DNA of 40,698 nt from an uncultured Collinsella sp. GTDB lineage: Bacteria; Actinomycetota; Coriobacteriia; Coriobacteriales; Coriobacteriaceae. The stretch spans positions 1-40,698 of the forward strand of contig URNK01000001.1 of assembly GCA_900549195.1 (NCBI GenBank). The letters run 5' to 3'. Positions 37,782 through 40,698 of this stretch are shown here, in pieces. Position 1 is the stretch's first letter. Each line of letters begins with the position of its first letter. The translations under genes and the position numbers were made by a program. The notes beneath the pieces were generated by a model. The model saw only the letters and a list, made by a program, of their open reading frames with translations, was not told the origin of the DNA and searched no databases.

Positions 37782-40523
37782 GTGGCAGACGATATCAACA
37801 ATAGCGAGGGTATGGACGAGGCCGGCGATGCCGGTATGCCCGATGATCTGAAGCGCCTGCTTGCCCGTGCTGAGCAGGGCGAGGACGGCGACCCGGACGC
37901 CTATAACCCCGATGCCGATGATGATGAGGAAGAAGACGACGACGGTGAGCTCGAGGAGAGCTTTGGCGAAGTCGACCGTGGCGCCTCGGCCGGCGAGGAT
38001 ATCAACGGCGGCCAGCTCCAGATTTCGGAGTTCGGTCGCGAGATGAAGCAGTCGTTTATCGAGTATTCGATGTCGGTTATCACGGCGCGCGCCCTGCCGG
38101 ACGTGCGCGACGGCTTAAAGCCGGTGCACCGCCGCATCCTGTATGCGATGAACGAGAGCGGCATCTACCCCAACCGCCCACATAAGAAGTCGGCCTGGAC
38201 GGTCGGCGAAGTTATCGGTAAGTACCACCCGCATGGCGACTTCGCGGTCTACGAGGCCATGGTCCGCCTGGCGCAGTGGTTCTCCATGCGCACGCCGCTC
38301 ATCGACGGTCATGGCAACTTCGGTAACATCGACGGCGACGGCGCGGCAGCCATGCGTTACACCGAGAGCCGCCTGGCAAAGCCCGCCATGGAACTGCTGC
38401 GTGACTTGCAGAAGGATACCGTCGACTGGCAGCCCAACTACGACGAATCGCTTGCCGAGCCCGTGGCGCTGCCTGCGCGCTTCCCCAACCTGCTGGTCAA
38501 CGGCAGCCAGGGCATCGCCGTCGGCATGGCCACCAACATCGCCCCGCATAACCTCACCGAGGCGATCGAGGCCACCTGCTACCTGATCGACAACCCCGAC
38601 GCCACCGTCGACGAGCTCATGCAGATCATGCCCGGTCCGGACTTCCCCACCGGCGCCATCATCATGGGCAGCGCCGGCATCAAACAGAGCTACGAGACCG
38701 GACGCGGCTCCATTACCGTGCGTGCCAAGGCACATGTGGAGTCCACCAAGACCGGCCGCAGCCGCTTGGTCTTTACCGAGATTCCCTACATGGTCAACAA
38801 GGGCACCCTGCAGGAGAAGATCGCCCAGCTCGTCAACGACAAGCGCATCGAGGGCATATCGGATATGCGCGATGAGTCCAACCAGAAGGGCATCCGTCTG
38901 GTTATCGAGCTCAAGAAGGGCGTCATTCCGCAGGTCGTGCTCAACAACCTGTATAAGTACACCTCGCTGCAGACGACCTTTGGCGCCAACAACCTGGCAC
39001 TCGTCAACGGCGTTCCCAAATGCCTGAGCCTGCGCGAGATGCTGCAGCACTACATCGACCACCAGGTCGACGTCGTCACCCGCCGCACCCGCTTCGACCT
39101 TAAGAAGGCCCAGGCCCGCGCGCATATCCTCGAGGGCTACCTGATGGCCCTTGACCATATCGACGAGGTCATCAGCATCATCCGCTCCTCGCAGACCGAC
39201 TCCGAGGCCAGCAGCCGACTGATCGAACGCTTTGGCTTTACGCCCGAGCAGACCACGGCCATCCTCGAGATGAAGCTGCGCCGCCTGACCGGCCTGGAGC
39301 GCGACAAGATCCAAGAAGAGTTGGACGGCCTGCGCCGCGCCATCGCCTACTACGAGGACCTGCTGGCGCACGAGGAGAAGATTCTGGGCGTCATCAAGGA
39401 AGAGATGCGCGAGATCTCCAAGAAGTTTGGCGACAAGCGCCGCACCGAAATCAGCCAGGTTGAGAAGGACCTGGATGTCGAGGACCTCATCGCCGACGAG
39501 GATATGGTCGTGACCATCACCCACACCGGCTACGTTAAGCGTATCCCAGTGGCTGCCTACCGTGCCCAGAAGCGCGGTGGCAAGGGCGTGTCGGGCGTCA
39601 ACCTCAAAGAGGACGACGTTATCGACGAGATGTTCATCGCGTCCACGCACGAGTACGTGCTGTTCTTCTCGAGCAAGGGCAAGGTCTATCGCCTGAAGGT
39701 GCACGAGCTGCCGGTGGGTACGCGCCAGGCGCGCGGTACCGCGATCGTCAACCTGCTGCCCTTCGAGGAAGGCGAGAAGATCGCGAGCGTCATCAGCTGC
39801 CGCGAGTTCCCGGCCGACGAGTACCTGATGTTTGCCACCAAGAGCGGCATGGTCAAGAAGACCGTGATGAGCGCATATGATCGCAGCCGTCGCGACGGCC
39901 TGATCGCTATCAACCTGCGTGACGACGACGCGCTGCTGAACGTGCGCCGCGTGCGCGAGGGCGACAAGATTATCCTAGCCACCACCGCGGGCAAGGCGAT
40001 CATGTTCTCCGAGGAGCAGGTGCGCGCCACCGGCCGCGATACCAGCGGCGTTCGCGGTATCGGTCTGAAGGACGGCGTGAGCGTTCTGGGCATGGAAGTC
40101 ACTAACGGCAACGGCGATCTGTTCGTCATTACCGAGCGCGGCTACGGCAAGCGCACGCCGGTCGCGGACTATCCGGAGCAGAATCGCGGCGGCCAGGGCG
40201 TCTACACCATCCAAATGACCGAGCGTAAGGGTAACCTCGCGGCCATGAAGACGGTGGGCCCGCAGCACGAGCTATTCATCGTGACGGAGGGCGCGACGGT
40301 CATTCGCGTCAAGACCGACGAGATCAGCCAGACTGGCCGCGCCACCCAGGGCGTCAAGATGATGACCGTCGACGACAACGACCGCATCTGCGCTGTCGCC
40401 CGCATGACGGCCGCCAAAGAGAAGCCCGAAGGCGAAGCCACAGAAAACGGCTCTGCCCCCGAAGAAACCCCTGTCGATCTAGGCGACGGCAACGACATGC
40501 CAGAAGATCTCCTAGACGAGTAA
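37782..40523 (+). CDS. gyrA: DNA gyrase subunit A
   Basis: [29 protein letters not shown] (catalytic Tyr), GyrA-box QKRGGKG, pinwheel repeats; AGGAGG RBS. Confidence 0.97.
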   Translation: MADDINNSEGMDEAGDAGMPDDLKRLLARAEQGEDGDPDAYNPDADDDEEEDDDGELEESFGEVDRGASAGEDINGGQLQISEFGREMKQSFIEYSMSVITARALPDVRDGLKPVHRRILYAMNESGIYPNRPHKKSAWTVGEVIGKYHPHGDFAVYEAMVRLAQWFSMRTPLIDGHGNFGNIDGDGAAAMRYTESRLAKPAMELLRDLQKDTVDWQPNYDESLAEPVALPARFPNLLVNGSQGIAVGMATNIAPHNLTEAIEATCYLIDNPDATVDELMQIMPGPDFPTGAIIMGSAGIKQSYETGRGSITVRAKAHVESTKTGRSRLVFTEIPYMVNKGTLQEKIAQLVNDKRIEGISDMRDESNQKGIRLVIELKKGVIPQVVLNNLYKYTSLQTTFGANNLALVNGVPKCLSLREMLQHYIDHQVDVVTRRTRFDLKKAQARAHILEGYLMALDHIDEVISIIRSSQTDSEASSRLIERFGFTPEQTTAILEMKLRRLTGLERDKIQEELDGLRRAIAYYEDLLAHEEKILGVIKEEMREISKKFGDKRRTEISQVEKDLDVEDLIADEDMVVTITHTGYVKRIPVAAYRAQKRGGKGVSGVNLKEDDVIDEMFIASTHEYVLFFSSKGKVYRLKVHELPVGTRQARGTAIVNLLPFEEGEKIASVISCREFPADEYLMFATKSGMVKKTVMSAYDRSRRDGLIAINLRDDDALLNVRRVREGDKIILATTAGKAIMFSEEQVRATGRDTSGVRGIGLKDGVSVLGMEVTNGNGDLFVITERGYGKRTPVADYPEQNRGGQGVYTIQMTERKGNLAAMKTVGPQHELFIVTEGATVIRVKTDEISQTGRATQGVKMMTVDDNDRICAVARMTAAKEKPEGEATENGSAPEETPVDLGDGNDMPEDLLDE

Positions 40524-40563
40524 GAGGCCCTAGCTGGTAAAAAATATCAGACCCCATATATCG

Positions 40564-40596
40564 GCGGTCGGCGCACTGCGCGCCGACCGCTTTTTT
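40564..40596 (+). terminator. gyrA intrinsic terminator
   Basis: GCGGTCGGCGC-actgc-GCGCCGACCGC-TTTTTT. Confidence 0.88.
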
Positions 40597-40667
40597 GACA
40601 ATCTTGGACCCGCGTTCGCCCCGGCCGCATGGCGGCACATGAAGTCGATCGCGAGTTCCGCACGAGC

Positions 40668-40692
40668 CGGAGAGCACTTAATGTGCTCTCCG
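40668..40692. repeat. Palindromic element at the window end (possible interspersed REP-like repeat)
   Basis: CGGAGAGCAC-ttaat-GTGCTCTCCG; no U-tract; lies after the gyrA terminator. Confidence 0.45.
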
Positions 40693-40698
40693 TGCGAG

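Overview
This is the replication-origin region of a high-GC Coriobacteriia genome, most likely Collinsella-like (inferred from the 16S 5' end, gene order and codon style). Bases 1-44 are an untrimmed Illumina Nextera adapter. They are followed by the 5' tip of a 16S rRNA gene, tRNA-Lys, an M29 aminopeptidase, purC, an OmpR-type two-component pair, a Tat lipoprotein, a TSCPD protein, purB and tRNA-Gly. Next come a sortase-anchored thioester-domain adhesin, a large M28-like membrane protein, a PafBC-like WYL pair, a DEDDh-DinG fusion, ddl and rlmN. The rest is the conserved oriC cluster (parB-parA-parS-rsmG-jag-yidC-yidD-rnpA-rpmH | ORF-dnaA-oriC-dnaN-recF-dciA-gyrB-gyrA). The most notable observations are: (1) an uncharacterised GHKL-ATPase / Gln-Pro-Tyr low-complexity / winged-helix gene heading the dnaA operon; (2) non-canonical TTTTCAACA DnaA-box-like motifs alongside an altered DnaA recognition helix; (3) two tandem hairpin-rich mini-units, each ending in a copy of the tRNA-Gly 3' end; (4) Phe at the GyrA Ser83-equivalent position, a classic fluoroquinolone-resistance allele; (5) an apparently catalytically dead M28 peptidase split by a ~660-aa acidic insertion, next to the WYL pair; (6) three perfect parS sites at an exact 39-bp period inside an AT-richer zone. 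All calls come from reading motifs by eye; no database searches were run.
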